NCBI RefSeq assembly: GCF_000179635.2
Contig: NC_014833.1
Coordinates: 3,300,001-3,332,000, forward strand
DNA from: Ruminococcus albus 7 = DSM 20455
GTDB lineage: Bacteria > Bacillota > Clostridia > Oscillospirales > Ruminococcaceae
Length of the DNA: 32,000 nt
Direction: 5' to 3'
Position numbers and translations under genes: made by a program. The notes beneath the pieces are model-generated. The model was not told the DNA's origin. It ran no database searches and saw only the letters and a program-made list of their open reading frames with translations. Positions 8,884-18,536 of this stretch are shown here, piece by piece (positions within the stretch are counted from its first letter, which is position 1; the number at the start of each line of letters is the position of its first letter).

Positions 8884-9741
8884 ATGAGATATTTTATTAT
8901 GATTTTTATATTATCATATCCCCGTTATTTAATGTCATCTATAATACGTATTCTGTGCGTTGGCATTATTCACTATTTTGCGGCAAAGTATTTTTGGGGC
9001 ATAGATAGTATTGTTTTTACTGTGGTCATAGCTCTGCTGGCAACAATTATTGTACACGGTGTTTCAACATTTCGCGGAGTGAAAAGTACCAAGAAAGAAT
9101 ATGAATTAATGACCAGAATAGAAGCAGAAGCAAAAAATGGCAGTTTATCCGCTGAAACAATGAAAGAACTTGAAGAACATCTGAATAATATGGAGCCCAG
9201 CGGCATCAATATACCTTTTATAAATACGTTTGTTGTCGTTCTTGCCGGATATTATCAGAAAAATGCAGAGTTTAACAAGGCAATGGATATACTGGATAAA
9301 TTCAGCAAAGCCACACTTGATGACCCAAGCATCACCGATACGGGCATAATGGAGTACTATTCTTTTCGTATCACAGCTTGCAGTTATCTGAACGAAACAG
9401 ATAAGCTTGAAAGCTACTATAACGATGCCATGAAGTTCATTGACAGCAAAAAGAAGAAAAATGATCTAATAAATGTATCCATAAAATGTTTTAAGATAAA
9501 TCGTGCGATCGCAAACGGTGATATCGATGAAGCAGAAACTCTTACATCACCGCTGCTTGAAAGCGATAAAAGTGATGATGTTGCAGGGGCTTACATTTTT
9601 ATGGCGCGATGCGCCGCAAAGCGCGGTGACAAGCAGAAAGTCTGCGAGTATTTAGACAAAGCCGCAGAACTCGCTGTCAAAGGTATGGACAAAAATACTC
9701 TTGAACTGCGCAAAGAGTATATCCTATCCCAAATGGACTGA
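8884..9741 (+). CDS. Membrane-anchored protein with a helical-repeat (TPR-like) C-terminal region, hypothetical
   Basis: 285 aa. SD aggag (8873-8877). The N-terminus has hydrophobic helices. The C-terminal segments AGYYQKNAEFNKAMDILDKF and ARCAAKRGDKQKVCEYLDKAAELA look TPR-like. Confidence 0.65.
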   Translation: MRYFIMIFILSYPRYLMSSIIRILCVGIIHYFAAKYFWGIDSIVFTVVIALLATIIVHGVSTFRGVKSTKKEYELMTRIEAEAKNGSLSAETMKELEEHLNNMEPSGINIPFINTFVVVLAGYYQKNAEFNKAMDILDKFSKATLDDPSITDTGIMEYYSFRITACSYLNETDKLESYYNDAMKFIDSKKKKNDLINVSIKCFKINRAIANGDIDEAETLTSPLLESDKSDDVAGAYIFMARCAAKRGDKQKVCEYLDKAAELAVKGMDKNTLELRKEYILSQMD

Positions 9742-9771
9742 GGGAACATGACCTCATCAAACATGAAAAAG

Positions 9772-9799
9772 GCTGTTGAGATCACTCAACAGCTTTTTT
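9772..9799 (+). terminator. Rho-independent terminator
   Basis: 9-bp stem gctgttgag/ctcaacagc, 4-nt loop, then tttttt (9794-9799). Confidence 0.8.
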
Positions 9800-9905
9800 G
9801 TATACTGTGCACAGAAACAGCACAAGATATTTACACAGCTGTCCCAAAAAGCGAACATCAAATCTGAAAGTTATTCAGCGAATAACTGAAATAATGCGAT
9901 GATAC

Positions 9906-9934
9906 TTGAATAATCCGACAGAATATGATATAAT
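9906..9934 (+). promoter_or_regulatory. Promoter of the sugar-transferase gene
   Basis: -35 ttgaat (9906-9911), 17-nt spacer, extended -10 TG-a-TATAAT (9926-9934). Confidence 0.5.
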
Positions 9935-9995
9935 GTTATTTTAGAATGTTATAAATTAACGATCAGATTCTATATAATAAAAAGGATGTCATATA

Positions 9996-11456
9996 TTGGA
10001 AAATATCACTAAAAACCGCGAACAGTATAAGCGGCTGCTGAACTTTATCGCTGCACTTGTGATAATCCTGTTCTTTGTAATGGGCTTTTCATATGTGTGG
10101 TATAACCATTATAACAACAAGATGCATGACCCGTTCTGGAGGTACGGCAACTTCCTGATGATAGGCATCTACTGTGTACTGTACACGACATTCACAAGTC
10201 TGTTCAACGGGTTCAGGCTGGGATATTCAAAATTCATAGGACTTTTCGGCTCACAGGTGCTGGGCATAGTCAGCACCAATGCCTTGGAAATGGTGCTGAT
10301 CGCACTTATAGGGCGTAACCGAATGGATCTATCCCCCATGGCGGTGCTTGCTGCGATACAGCTTGTATTTGCTTTTCCGTGGAGCTTTGCATTTACGATG
10401 ATATACACCAAGATGTATCCGCCGAGACGGCTGCTGATAGTTTACGGAAATTCCAACGCAAAATACCTTGTAAACAAAATGGCGCAGCGTACTGACAAGT
10501 ACAATATATGTGCGGCTGTAAGCTGTGATGAGAGCCTTGAGGAGATAGAACGGCGCATACTCAGGTATGAGGGCACTATAATAACCGATATCCCGGGTGA
10601 TCTGAGAAACAAGCTGGTGAAATTCTGCTTTGAGCATTCCATACGCACCTATATCAACCCCAAGCTTTCTGATATAATAATCCGCGGTGCTGACGACTTC
10701 CACCTGTTTGATACTCCCCTGCTGCTTTCCAGGAATGACGGTCTGAAATTTGAACAGCGCATGATGAAAAGGTTCTTCGATATAGCACTGGCAGGAATAA
10801 TGCTTATAGTGCTCATGCCCTTCATGCTGATAACCGCCCTGATCATAAAGCTGTATGACGGCGGTCCTGTGTTCTACTCACAGGTAAGGCTCACCACAGG
10901 GGGACGCAGATTCAAGGTACTGAAATTCAGGAGCATGATAACCGATGCTGAGAAAAAGGGTGGTGCAAGGCTGGCATCCGAAAACGATGACCGCATAACC
11001 CCCGTGGGAAAGATAATCAGAAAGATACGCTTCGATGAACTTCCGCAGCTGATAAACATACTCAAAGGCGATATGTCCTTTGTGGGACCCCGTCCCGAAC
11101 GTCCCGAGCTGGCGGAGAGATATGAGCTGACAATGCCCGAATTCAAGTACAGGCTGAAAGTAAAAGCAGGGCTGACAGGCTATGCTCAGATAATGGGCAA
11201 GTACAACACCACCCCATACGACAAGCTGAAGCTCGACCTTATGTATATCGAACACCAGTCGATCAGGGAAGACCTGAGGATAATACTGAGTACAGTACGT
11301 ACTGTATTCGTACCCGATGCTACGGAGGGCGTTGACGATGACAAGCCCATAGAAACAAGGCGTGATCTCATAGGACATGATTTCAGCAAGGATCTGGGCA
11401 TGACCGAGGAAGAGGTCGTTGAATACGAGGAGGAGAACGGGCTCCCGAAAAGATAG
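9996..11456 (+). CDS. Exopolysaccharide polyprenyl glycosylphosphotransferase (bacterial sugar transferase, WbaP/EpsE-like)
   Basis: 486 aa with N-terminal TM helices. The C-terminal bacterial sugar transferase domain shows KFRSM...DELPQLINILKGDMSFVGPRPERPE. The start appears to be TTG at 9996 after aaggat. Confidence 0.88.
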   Translation: MENITKNREQYKRLLNFIAALVIILFFVMGFSYVWYNHYNNKMHDPFWRYGNFLMIGIYCVLYTTFTSLFNGFRLGYSKFIGLFGSQVLGIVSTNALEMVLIALIGRNRMDLSPMAVLAAIQLVFAFPWSFAFTMIYTKMYPPRRLLIVYGNSNAKYLVNKMAQRTDKYNICAAVSCDESLEEIERRILRYEGTIITDIPGDLRNKLVKFCFEHSIRTYINPKLSDIIIRGADDFHLFDTPLLLSRNDGLKFEQRMMKRFFDIALAGIMLIVLMPFMLITALIIKLYDGGPVFYSQVRLTTGGRRFKVLKFRSMITDAEKKGGARLASENDDRITPVGKIIRKIRFDELPQLINILKGDMSFVGPRPERPELAERYELTMPEFKYRLKVKAGLTGYAQIMGKYNTTPYDKLKLDLMYIEHQSIREDLRIILSTVRTVFVPDATEGVDDDKPIETRRDLIGHDFSKDLGMTEEEVVEYEEENGLPKR

Positions 11457-11506
11457 ACTATAAACGGCGGAACGCACTGGCGCTCTGCCGTTTTTGGAGG
11501 ACAGAT

Positions 11507-12217
11507 ATGAAAGAACAGTATTCACGAAGCGAACTGCTGCTTGGCAGCGAAGCTATGGATAAACTTAAAAACAGCCGCGTGGCAGTATTCGGTGTAGGCG
11601 GTGTAGGCGGTTTTGCCGTTGAGGCACTGGCACGCTGCGGTGTGGGCACCCTTGACCTTATTGACAATGACACCGTAAGTATCACCAATATCAACCGTCA
11701 GATAATCGCACTGCACAGCACCATAGGCAAGCTGAAAACAGAAGTCGCCGCAGAGAGGGTGCATGACATCGACCCCGATATAAAGGTGAATGTCCACAGC
11801 TGCTTCTTCATGCCCGATACGGCTGACAGCTTTGATTTTACACAGTATGACTATGTAGTTGACGCAATCGACACCGTTACGGGAAAGATAGAGATAATAA
11901 TGCGTGCAAAGGCTGCAGGTGTCCCTGTGATATCCGCCATGGGTGCAGGCAACAAGCTTGACCCTGCCGCATTCAGGGTGACTGATATATACAAGACCAA
12001 AGGCTGTCCCCTTGCAAGGGTAATGCGCCGCGAACTGAAAAAACGGGGTGTTGAAAAACTGAAAGTGGTATACTCCGAGGAAGAACCAATCACACCCCGT
12101 AAAAACTCCGAAGAACCGCAGAACGGCAGACGTTCCGTTCCCGGCTCGGTATCATTTGTCCCCTCCGTGGCAGGACTGATACTTGCAGGCGAAGTGATAA
12201 AGGATATCATCGGCTGA
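11507..12217 (+). CDS. tcdA: tRNA threonylcarbamoyladenosine dehydratase (ThiF/HesA family)
   Basis: 236 aa. It has the Rossmann motif VFGVGGVGG, then DNDTVSITNINRQ and KGCPLARVMRREL, all typical of TcdA/CsdL. SD ggagg lies upstream. Confidence 0.85.
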   Translation: MKEQYSRSELLLGSEAMDKLKNSRVAVFGVGGVGGFAVEALARCGVGTLDLIDNDTVSITNINRQIIALHSTIGKLKTEVAAERVHDIDPDIKVNVHSCFFMPDTADSFDFTQYDYVVDAIDTVTGKIEIIMRAKAAGVPVISAMGAGNKLDPAAFRVTDIYKTKGCPLARVMRRELKKRGVEKLKVVYSEEEPITPRKNSEEPQNGRRSVPGSVSFVPSVAGLILAGEVIKDIIG

Positions 12218-12238
12218 GAAAAAAATTCAAAAAAAGGC

Positions 12239-12267
12239 TTGCATTTTTTTTCGATATGTGGTATAAT
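12239..12267 (+). promoter_or_regulatory. tRNA-Arg promoter
   Basis: -35 ttgcat (12239-12244), 17-nt spacer, extended -10 TG-g-TATAAT (12259-12267). The tRNA starts 15 nt downstream. Confidence 0.55.
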
Positions 12268-12281
12268 AATTAAGTTGATAA

Positions 12282-12355
12282 GTCGCTGTAGCTCAGCTGG
12301 ATAGAGCGGCCGCCTCCTAAGCGGCAGGCCGGAGGTTCGAATCCTCTCAGCGACG
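12282..12355 (+). tRNA. tRNA-Arg (anticodon CCT)
   Basis: Manual cloverleaf. Acceptor gtcgctg/cagcgac. D arm gctc-agctggata-gagc. Anticodon stem gccgc/gcggc with loop ctCCTaa. Variable region aggcc. T arm ggagg-ttcgaat-cctct. Discriminator g. No encoded CCA. Confidence 0.9.
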
Positions 12356-12359
12356 TTTT

Positions 12360-12391
12360 CCCCGGAGTTTTTGCTTCGGGGATATTTTTTT
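12360..12391 (+). terminator. Terminator after the tRNA
   Basis: Stem ccccggag/cttcgggg (one G-U pair), loop tttttg, then ata plus a T-run (12385-12391). Confidence 0.55.
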
Positions 12392-12398
12392 GCCCACA

Positions 12399-12430
12399 TA
12401 AAATGCCGGGGAAAACATCTTCCCCGGCAT
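12399..12430 (-). terminator. Terminator of the CotH gene
   Basis: 10-bp stem atgccgggga/tccccggcat with an 8-nt loop, 7 nt past the stop at 12437. A short U-run follows on the minus strand. Confidence 0.6.
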
Positions 12431-12436
12431 TATTTG

Positions 12437-14056
12437 CTATTTATTGAATTCTCCGTTCATAAACTCCACCCTGGCTGCCAGCCATTCATGGAGATAGTCG
12501 GCTGCCTCCTCCTGGGTCTTGCAGTTCTTTGCTCTGTCGGTGAGCTCGTTTGCAAAATCATCGTTGTGGACAAGATTGTCCCAGCGGGAGTAGTTGCGCA
12601 CAAATGCATCCTTGTATTTTGTCTTATCACTGTTTATGGTATCAAGGGCATCGGTGAAGACCCCTGCATCATAGGCTGTCTTCCATTTCTCCTTTATGAT
12701 ATCGGTGAACCAGTCCTCGTACATCAGCACAGCCAGCCACGGATTTATGGTATCATACGCACCGCCGCCGCTTGCTCCGCCGTTTACATCGGGTACTATA
12801 TTTGCGGCATAATAGCCTGTACCGTCAGCGCATCTGTCCTTATTGCCAAGCCCCGAATCGAAATCCCACGGTGCTTCAAAGGTCAGTTTCTTATCGCCCT
12901 TCTCTCCGAAATCAGCATCCATGAAAAAGCTTGACCAATAGATATCCGCATCGCAGGTAAGCTCGCTGACGATGTACATATCAGCAAGAGAATCCACATT
13001 GACAACCTTTTCTACAGCCTCGCGGGGAGTTAGTTCATCTGACTTTGTGATCTTGGAGAAGCTGTCATCGAACACCCATGCTTCGTCATCATAAGCAGCG
13101 CGGTACATTATGTTGTATACATTGTTGGTGAAATTTGCTATGAAATCGTGCTGTTCCTGAGAATAGATATCGCTCTTGATAGTGATGCCCACATCCTCCT
13201 TGGGATCCTCAGGATCTCCGCTGCCGAGTGCCTGCATGGTCCTGCCGCTGCCGCCTTTGCCGTCATAGGGTGTGAGCGGCGCGTTATCGTTGTAGTCAAC
13301 AAAGAAGCTGTGCAGCTCGTCCTCGTTGTAGAAATAGCCGTCGAACTCCATAAAGTAGCCGATATCTGTGCCCTTGTAGTCCTTCTCGGCTTCGGTGATA
13401 TCAACTCTTTCAGGTGATATCTGCTGCTGTTCGGTCAAAAGATACACGCCCCAGTAGGTACCGTTGATCATCACATCCACAAGCTTTGCATCAGCCGCAT
13501 ACAGCCCGTCCTTTTCAAGTATTCCTCTTGCCATTTGCAGCGATGCCTTGTCGCGCAGCATTGAGCCGTCCTTGTATCCTGCCATGAGGAGCCAGTTCTT
13601 CATTTCAGCACCGTCATTGAGCCCGAACAGGGACTGCTTTTCATCGAACTTTATCCTCAGAGGCTTTTTATCGTATGTGGTCGTCCAGTTGCCGCGAACC
13701 TTGACATTACCTCGAATACCTTCGGATACAGGCTTTGCATCTTCATCATACAGCGTTATGGTGCATTCCTTGTAATAAGGCTCGGGAGGTATCTTGTAGC
13801 CAGGTGTCCAGCTTGCTATCAGCTCGGAAACATGGGGTGCCACAGGGTCGGTCACGAAACCAAGTGAGCCTTTTTCATCACTGTCATCGGTGACTATGGA
13901 TATAGTCGCTATACCTGCGGCAGCATCCACCTTCGGCTGCTCCTCGGCTGCCAGTGCAGCAGAAGATGGCTCTTTATCCTTTGCATCAATGCCCGAGCAT
14001 CCTGCCATTGACATAACTATCATCAGAGCTGCAGCTGCGCTTATGAGTCTTTTCAT
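12437..14056 (-). CDS. CotH kinase family protein, predicted lipoprotein
   Basis: 539 aa. Signal peptide plus lipobox MSMAGCSG. KKPLRIKFDE...KNWLLMAGYKDGSMLRDK and VDVMINGTYWGVYLLTEQ resemble the CotH family (from memory). Confidence 0.7.
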   Translation of the reverse strand: MKRLISAAAALMIVMSMAGCSGIDAKDKEPSSAALAAEEQPKVDAAAGIATISIVTDDSDEKGSLGFVTDPVAPHVSELIASWTPGYKIPPEPYYKECTITLYDEDAKPVSEGIRGNVKVRGNWTTTYDKKPLRIKFDEKQSLFGLNDGAEMKNWLLMAGYKDGSMLRDKASLQMARGILEKDGLYAADAKLVDVMINGTYWGVYLLTEQQQISPERVDITEAEKDYKGTDIGYFMEFDGYFYNEDELHSFFVDYNDNAPLTPYDGKGGSGRTMQALGSGDPEDPKEDVGITIKSDIYSQEQHDFIANFTNNVYNIMYRAAYDDEAWVFDDSFSKITKSDELTPREAVEKVVNVDSLADMYIVSELTCDADIYWSSFFMDADFGEKGDKKLTFEAPWDFDSGLGNKDRCADGTGYYAANIVPDVNGGASGGGAYDTINPWLAVLMYEDWFTDIIKEKWKTAYDAGVFTDALDTINSDKTKYKDAFVRNYSRWDNLVHNDDFANELTDRAKNCKTQEEAADYLHEWLAARVEFMNGEFNK

Positions 14057-14805
14057 TCCTGTTCCTCCGTTCTATCGTTATTTGTCAGCTTCCATAGTTT
14101 ACTGCGGGAGCGTTTTCCGCATTCACTTATGATATCCAGTACCGCCAGAGTGCGTATGCATTTTCCTGCGGTATCTTTATTTACACGGCATAGCTTTGCA
14201 AACTCAGCCGATGTAAAGCTTTCGGGTAGTCCGTCGGGCAGAAGGGGCATTATATCCCCGGGGCAGGATATGACTATCTCATCTGTCATATCCACGGGAA
14301 GCTTATCCAGCTTTTTCACCCGTCTGCCTGCGGCGGGTATGCGCGTTTCCTCAACAGTCAGCACTGGGAAACGCACTGTGATATTTTCATCTTTAAGATA
14401 TTTGCGTATACCGTACAGCTCGGCTATGCCATGCCATACATTCTGCTTTTTAGGGGATAGCCTGCGGGATATGAGTTCACCGCTTTCGGGGTCGATAGCC
14501 ATAAGGTACTTCCTTTCCTCAATGGGGTATACCACCGTTACCCTGCACAGGGGCAGAAAGGCTTCCAGCTTGCGTTCAAGACGGTACAGCGCCCTTGTCT
14601 GTATCTCGATGACTCCGTCCTCGGAAACTGCATCTGCCACAAATCCGCCGATAGGTATCTCCTTGCTTTCATCACCGCCGCCGTAGTACTCTTTGAGTAC
14701 TGCATGGAGGGTCTTTTCCGAAAGAGTGCCTATACCGTCACGCCGATGTTCATCAAGAAGTTTTTTTCTAGCGGCGGCAAAGCGAAGCTTATCCACGATA
14801 CTCAC
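14053..14805 (-). CDS. Conserved hypothetical protein, possible PD-(D/E)XK nuclease-fold
   Basis: 250 aa. GFVADAV...GVIEIQT fits a D...E-x-Q/K-type nuclease motif. There is a 4-nt overlap with the CotH start. The functional call is an inference only. Confidence 0.6.
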   Translation of the reverse strand: MSIVDKLRFAAARKKLLDEHRRDGIGTLSEKTLHAVLKEYYGGGDESKEIPIGGFVADAVSEDGVIEIQTRALYRLERKLEAFLPLCRVTVVYPIEERKYLMAIDPESGELISRRLSPKKQNVWHGIAELYGIRKYLKDENITVRFPVLTVEETRIPAAGRRVKKLDKLPVDMTDEIVISCPGDIMPLLPDGLPESFTSAEFAKLCRVNKDTAGKCIRTLAVLDIISECGKRSRSKLWKLTNNDRTEEQE

Positions 14806-15574
14806 CGTTTATAAGCTTACGGTAAGCCCCGGGAGCTTTGCCTGTACGTTCCTTGAAACGGTGCATGAAGCAGACCTCGTTCTCATAGCCGCAGAGGTTC
14901 GCTATCTCACGCACAGTAAGTGCAGTGGAGGAAAGATAGTACTGTGCTGTCCTTATCTTGGCAGATAAAAGATCCTCATAACTGCTTATACCGAATCTGC
15001 TGCGGTACAGCTGCTGGAAATGTGAGGGGCTTAGTCTTACCCTTTCGGCAAGCTGGGCTACCGAGGTGAACTGCCCCGGATTTGCATACATATCGGCACG
15101 CAGACTGTCAAGCAGCTCTGCATGGGGATCAATCTGTGTGCCGCGGGGTTCATCCGACTGCTCGGATATCTTCATCAGCAGCATCTTTATAAGCGCAGAA
15201 GAATAATCATCCTTGTTCGGTGAGGTGGAAAGCTGCTCACGGCTCAGCATACGCAGCAGTTCCTCCGCATCCCCTATCCTGCGCGGAACAAGCAGCTTAT
15301 CGTATATTATACGGCTGTCGCTGTCAATATCATCCATATCATAGTGAAGAAAATGATTGACATAGCTGCCGCATATCGCGCGGTAATACTGAGGGCTGCC
15401 CTTGCTGTAAATTATAGCGGTATCCGGAGATACGGTCATATCCCTGCCCCCAAGGGTGAGTAAGGCATCAGTTTTGAATATGATAAGTAAGCAATCCCCC
15501 GAGCCATTGGGGCGGTCTATTGAAAAATCAGCTGTGTGATGCATATCTAGTCCGATATTATGAAGTCTGTACAA
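14789..15574 (-). CDS. AraC family transcriptional regulator
   Basis: The C-terminal AraC HTH is seen at LSPSHFQQLYRSRFGISSYEDLL...TVREIANLCGYENEVCFMHRFKERTGKAPGAYR. The start is uncertain. TTG at 15574 follows agaaagg. ATG at 15544 has no SD. The ORF maximum is 15604. Confidence 0.85.
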   Translation of the reverse strand: MYRLHNIGLDMHHTADFSIDRPNGSGDCLLIIFKTDALLTLGGRDMTVSPDTAIIYSKGSPQYYRAICGSYVNHFLHYDMDDIDSDSRIIYDKLLVPRRIGDAEELLRMLSREQLSTSPNKDDYSSALIKMLLMKISEQSDEPRGTQIDPHAELLDSLRADMYANPGQFTSVAQLAERVRLSPSHFQQLYRSRFGISSYEDLLSAKIRTAQYYLSSTALTVREIANLCGYENEVCFMHRFKERTGKAPGAYRKLINGEYRG

Positions 15575-15641
15575 TGTGTGTCGCACCTTTCTGAATAAAT
15601 ACAAATAGTAGGATAAGTAAGTACAAAAATATTATACATCA

Positions 15642-15670
15642 TTGAAATCATTTTGTCAATATGTTATATT
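15642..15670 (+). promoter_or_regulatory. Promoter of the arabinofuranosidase gene
   Basis: -35 ttgaaa (15642-15647), 17-nt spacer, TG-t-TATATT (15662-15670). Confidence 0.4.
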
Positions 15671-15731
15671 GTAATTACTGAATACGATGCGCGGACGTTC
15701 GCGAATACAGATAAACAGGAGGTATACCGAC

Positions 15732-17210
15732 ATGAAAAACTTCAAGATGCTTATCAATGCCGACGATAAGACAGGTCATATCAAGCCCGAGATATACGGA
15801 CATTTTTCCGAACATCTGGGAAGATGTATTTACGGCGGTATCTACGTGGGAGAGGATTCATCAATACCCAATATACATGGTATAAGAAAAGACGTTATCG
15901 AGGCTTTCAAGCAGATAAAGATGCCTGTTCTCCGCTGGCCCGGCGGATGCTTCGCTGATGAGTACCACTGGAAGGACGGCATAGGCGAGAAGTCTACCCG
16001 TAAGAAAATGGTAAATACCAACTGGGGCGGAGTCGTTGAGGATAACAGCTTTGGAACCCATGAGTTCATGGAGCTCTGCGAGCTGGTAGGCTGTGAGCCT
16101 TATATCGCAGGCAACGTAGGCAGCGGCACCGTTCAGGAAATGGCTGAATGGATAGAGTATATGACCTTCGACGGCATATCCCCCATGGCTGAGCTCAGAA
16201 GAAAGAACGGCAGAGAGAAGCCCTGGAAGCTGAAGTACTTCGGCATAGGCAACGAGAACTGGGGCTGCGGCGGAAATATGCGTCCCGAGTACTACCTCGA
16301 CCAGTACAGACAGTACCAGAGCTACTGCAAGAATTACAGCGGCAACGAGCTGTTCAAGGTAGCCTGCGGTCCCGGAGGCGGCGGAGAAGACTGGTACCAC
16401 TGGACTCAGGTGCTGATGAAGGACCTTAATCCCGATCAGGTACAGGGCATATCCTTCCACGCTTACAACGTGCCCAACTGGGTAGACAAGGGTTCGGCTA
16501 CCGAATTCAACAATGACGATTACTATACCATACTCAACCTGGCAAACTACGTTGACGTTATGCTGACCAGACATACCGAGATAATGAACCGCTACGATCC
16601 CGAGAACAAGATCGGTCTTATCATGGATGAATGGGGCAACTGGTTCAATGTTGAGCCCGGCACAAATCCCGGATTCCTCTACCAGCAGAACACCATGCGT
16701 GATGCTATCGTTGCGGCTATACAGCTGAATATATTCAACCGCCACAGCAAGCGCGTCATCATGGCAAACATCGCACAGGTAGTAAACGTTCTGCAGGCTA
16801 TAATCCTCACCGAGGGCGAGAAGCTGATAAAGACCCCCACATACCATGTATTTGATATGTTCAAGGCTCATCAGGATGCAGACTGCGTATACTGCTACAC
16901 CGAGAACGAGAACTGCTGTGACGGCAAGCTGACACCTATGATCTCTTCATCCGCTTCCGTTAAGGACGGCGTTATGACCATCACTCTCGCAAACTGCTCT
17001 ATCGACGGTGATGCTGAGATAAGCTGCGATATCTGCAACTTCGATGCTAAGAAAGCAAAGGCAAAGATACTCACCGAGGATGTACACGCTTTCAACACCT
17101 TCGACAATCCCGAAAAGGTATCTATCAAGGCTCACGATGTCAAGCTGGAAAACGGCAGGATAACTGTAAAGCTCCCTGCTTGCTCGGTAGTTGAGATCAC
17201 ACTGAACTGA
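15732..17210 (+). CDS. abfA: Alpha-L-arabinofuranosidase, GH51
   Basis: ATG at 15732 after SD aggagg. [25 protein letters not shown] and the [11 protein letters not shown] acid/base motif are typical of GH51. It is divergent from the AraC regulator. Confidence 0.9.
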   Translation: MKNFKMLINADDKTGHIKPEIYGHFSEHLGRCIYGGIYVGEDSSIPNIHGIRKDVIEAFKQIKMPVLRWPGGCFADEYHWKDGIGEKSTRKKMVNTNWGGVVEDNSFGTHEFMELCELVGCEPYIAGNVGSGTVQEMAEWIEYMTFDGISPMAELRRKNGREKPWKLKYFGIGNENWGCGGNMRPEYYLDQYRQYQSYCKNYSGNELFKVACGPGGGGEDWYHWTQVLMKDLNPDQVQGISFHAYNVPNWVDKGSATEFNNDDYYTILNLANYVDVMLTRHTEIMNRYDPENKIGLIMDEWGNWFNVEPGTNPGFLYQQNTMRDAIVAAIQLNIFNRHSKRVIMANIAQVVNVLQAIILTEGEKLIKTPTYHVFDMFKAHQDADCVYCYTENENCCDGKLTPMISSSASVKDGVMTITLANCSIDGDAEISCDICNFDAKKAKAKILTEDVHAFNTFDNPEKVSIKAHDVKLENGRITVKLPACSVVEITLN

Positions 17211-17247
17211 CTATTCTCCAAACTACATATAAACACTACACAAAAAA

Positions 17248-17276
17248 AGCAGGTGCATCAGGCATCTGCTTTTTTT
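17248..17276. terminator. Bidirectional terminator between abfA and the DUF2974 gene
   Basis: 9-bp stem agcaggtgc/gcatctgct (one G-U pair) flanked by an A-run (17242-17248) and a T-run (17271-17276). Confidence 0.65.
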
Positions 17277-18430
17277 GTAGGTAATGCTTTTTTTACAGGG
17301 ATCCTCGGGAGCTTTGGCAGCTCCTTATCAGCCAGTACCTCCTCAAGACCCGAGATAACTGCCCTTTTGCCGTATGAGGCAAGCTGCGACAGCGCCTTCT
17401 TTGCCACAGAACGCTGCTCCGGGGGCAGACGTTTCAGTGCACCGAGTATAGCTGTAATGGATCTGCGCTTGTTGCTGCTGAGTTCGTTGAAAGTTTCACC
17501 CTCAGCCGCTTCAAGCACTGAAAATACTGCATCCACGAATCCGTGGCGTTCACTTTCATCCAGTGATGATATCCAGCCTGTCATGGTCTTGTTGACGAAT
17601 ACGCCCAGCTTGGACAATTCCTCGGCATATTCAAATCCGCATCGGTTGACCTGCCATGTATAGGCGATATGCTGTGAAAGTCCGCCTGCACTGCTTTTGA
17701 CTATGCGGTTCTCGGAACTGCATGAAAGCAGCTGTCCCACCAGAGAGGACTGGGGTATCACGCTTATCACACGATCGGTGACAGCAAGGTATTCCTTTGA
17801 AGCTGCTACCTCCTCTACGAATCCGGGGCTGTCAAAGGCGAATATCGCCCTTACCCTTTTGCGCACAGTCTCATTACAGAAGGCGGTGGAATATATAGCG
17901 AGATTTCCTCCCTTTGAATGTCCGCCGAAAACGAGTACAGCATCACCGTCAGTAAAATTATCGTTGATATACTTTACCGCCATGCTCTGTGAAGCTGTTT
18001 CCTGCATAAAGCTGAAATTCATATCCTCCTTCCAGCCTGCAAGGGTACTGTCGGTACCGCGGAAAGCCACATAGGTGAAACAGTCAAATATACAGGTAAG
18101 GGCTGCAAACTGAAGATCACGCGAGGAGTCTACCTTGTTTACATAGCCGCACAGCCGCATACCATCGAATCTGCGTGAAGCTGCCAGTTTTTCAACAAGC
18201 TCCACGTCCTGATCGTAGCTGACTATACGAAGCTCCTGCGGTACCTTTTTTGCATCAAAGCTGTCACGCAGCTCTGCAATAGTTATGGTCTTATCTATAC
18301 CCGCCGGGATGATACCCTCCGCGGGGAAATAGCTCAGCTCAGCAAGAATAAGGGCATCTACTGCATTGAAGGACGACGCCGAAAACGGCAGATCGCCGCG
18401 CCAGTCAAGATAATCAAGAATATTTGCCAT
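17258..18430 (-). CDS. Mbeg1-like / DUF2974 alpha-beta hydrolase-fold protein
   Basis: ATG at 18430 after SD ggaggtg. The N-terminal MANILDYLDWRGDL...ALILAELSY and the nucleophile elbow GGHSKGGNLA are typical of DUF2974. Confidence 0.75.
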   Translation of the reverse strand: MANILDYLDWRGDLPFSASSFNAVDALILAELSYFPAEGIIPAGIDKTITIAELRDSFDAKKVPQELRIVSYDQDVELVEKLAASRRFDGMRLCGYVNKVDSSRDLQFAALTCIFDCFTYVAFRGTDSTLAGWKEDMNFSFMQETASQSMAVKYINDNFTDGDAVLVFGGHSKGGNLAIYSTAFCNETVRKRVRAIFAFDSPGFVEEVAASKEYLAVTDRVISVIPQSSLVGQLLSCSSENRIVKSSAGGLSQHIAYTWQVNRCGFEYAEELSKLGVFVNKTMTGWISSLDESERHGFVDAVFSVLEAAEGETFNELSSNKRRSITAILGALKRLPPEQRSVAKKALSQLASYGKRAVISGLEEVLADKELPKLPRIPVKKALPTKKADA

Positions 18431-18536
18431 GCCGATCACCTCCGTTATTATTATAACATATATTGTTCAAAATGTAAAGATAATATGTATAAAAAATCGC
18501 CTCCGAATTACCGGAGGCGAAATATGTAAATATTTT

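Noticed and set aside
12282-12440. tRNA-Arg as an integration site for a genomic island
   Set aside because: There is no integrase nearby, and I did not spot a duplicated tRNA 3' end downstream by eye. Two ordinary terminators follow.
15861-16871. 336-aa antisense ORF inside the GH51 gene. The same applies to 7994..8719(-), 10878..11525(-), 11851..12399(-), 12371..12934(+), 14129..14686(+), 18429..19208(+), 19968..20504(+), 20407..20937(+) and 23448..23957(+).
   Set aside because: All lie opposite confidently identified genes. Long shadow frames are typical of coding regions with biased codon usage, and none shows a motif or an SD site.
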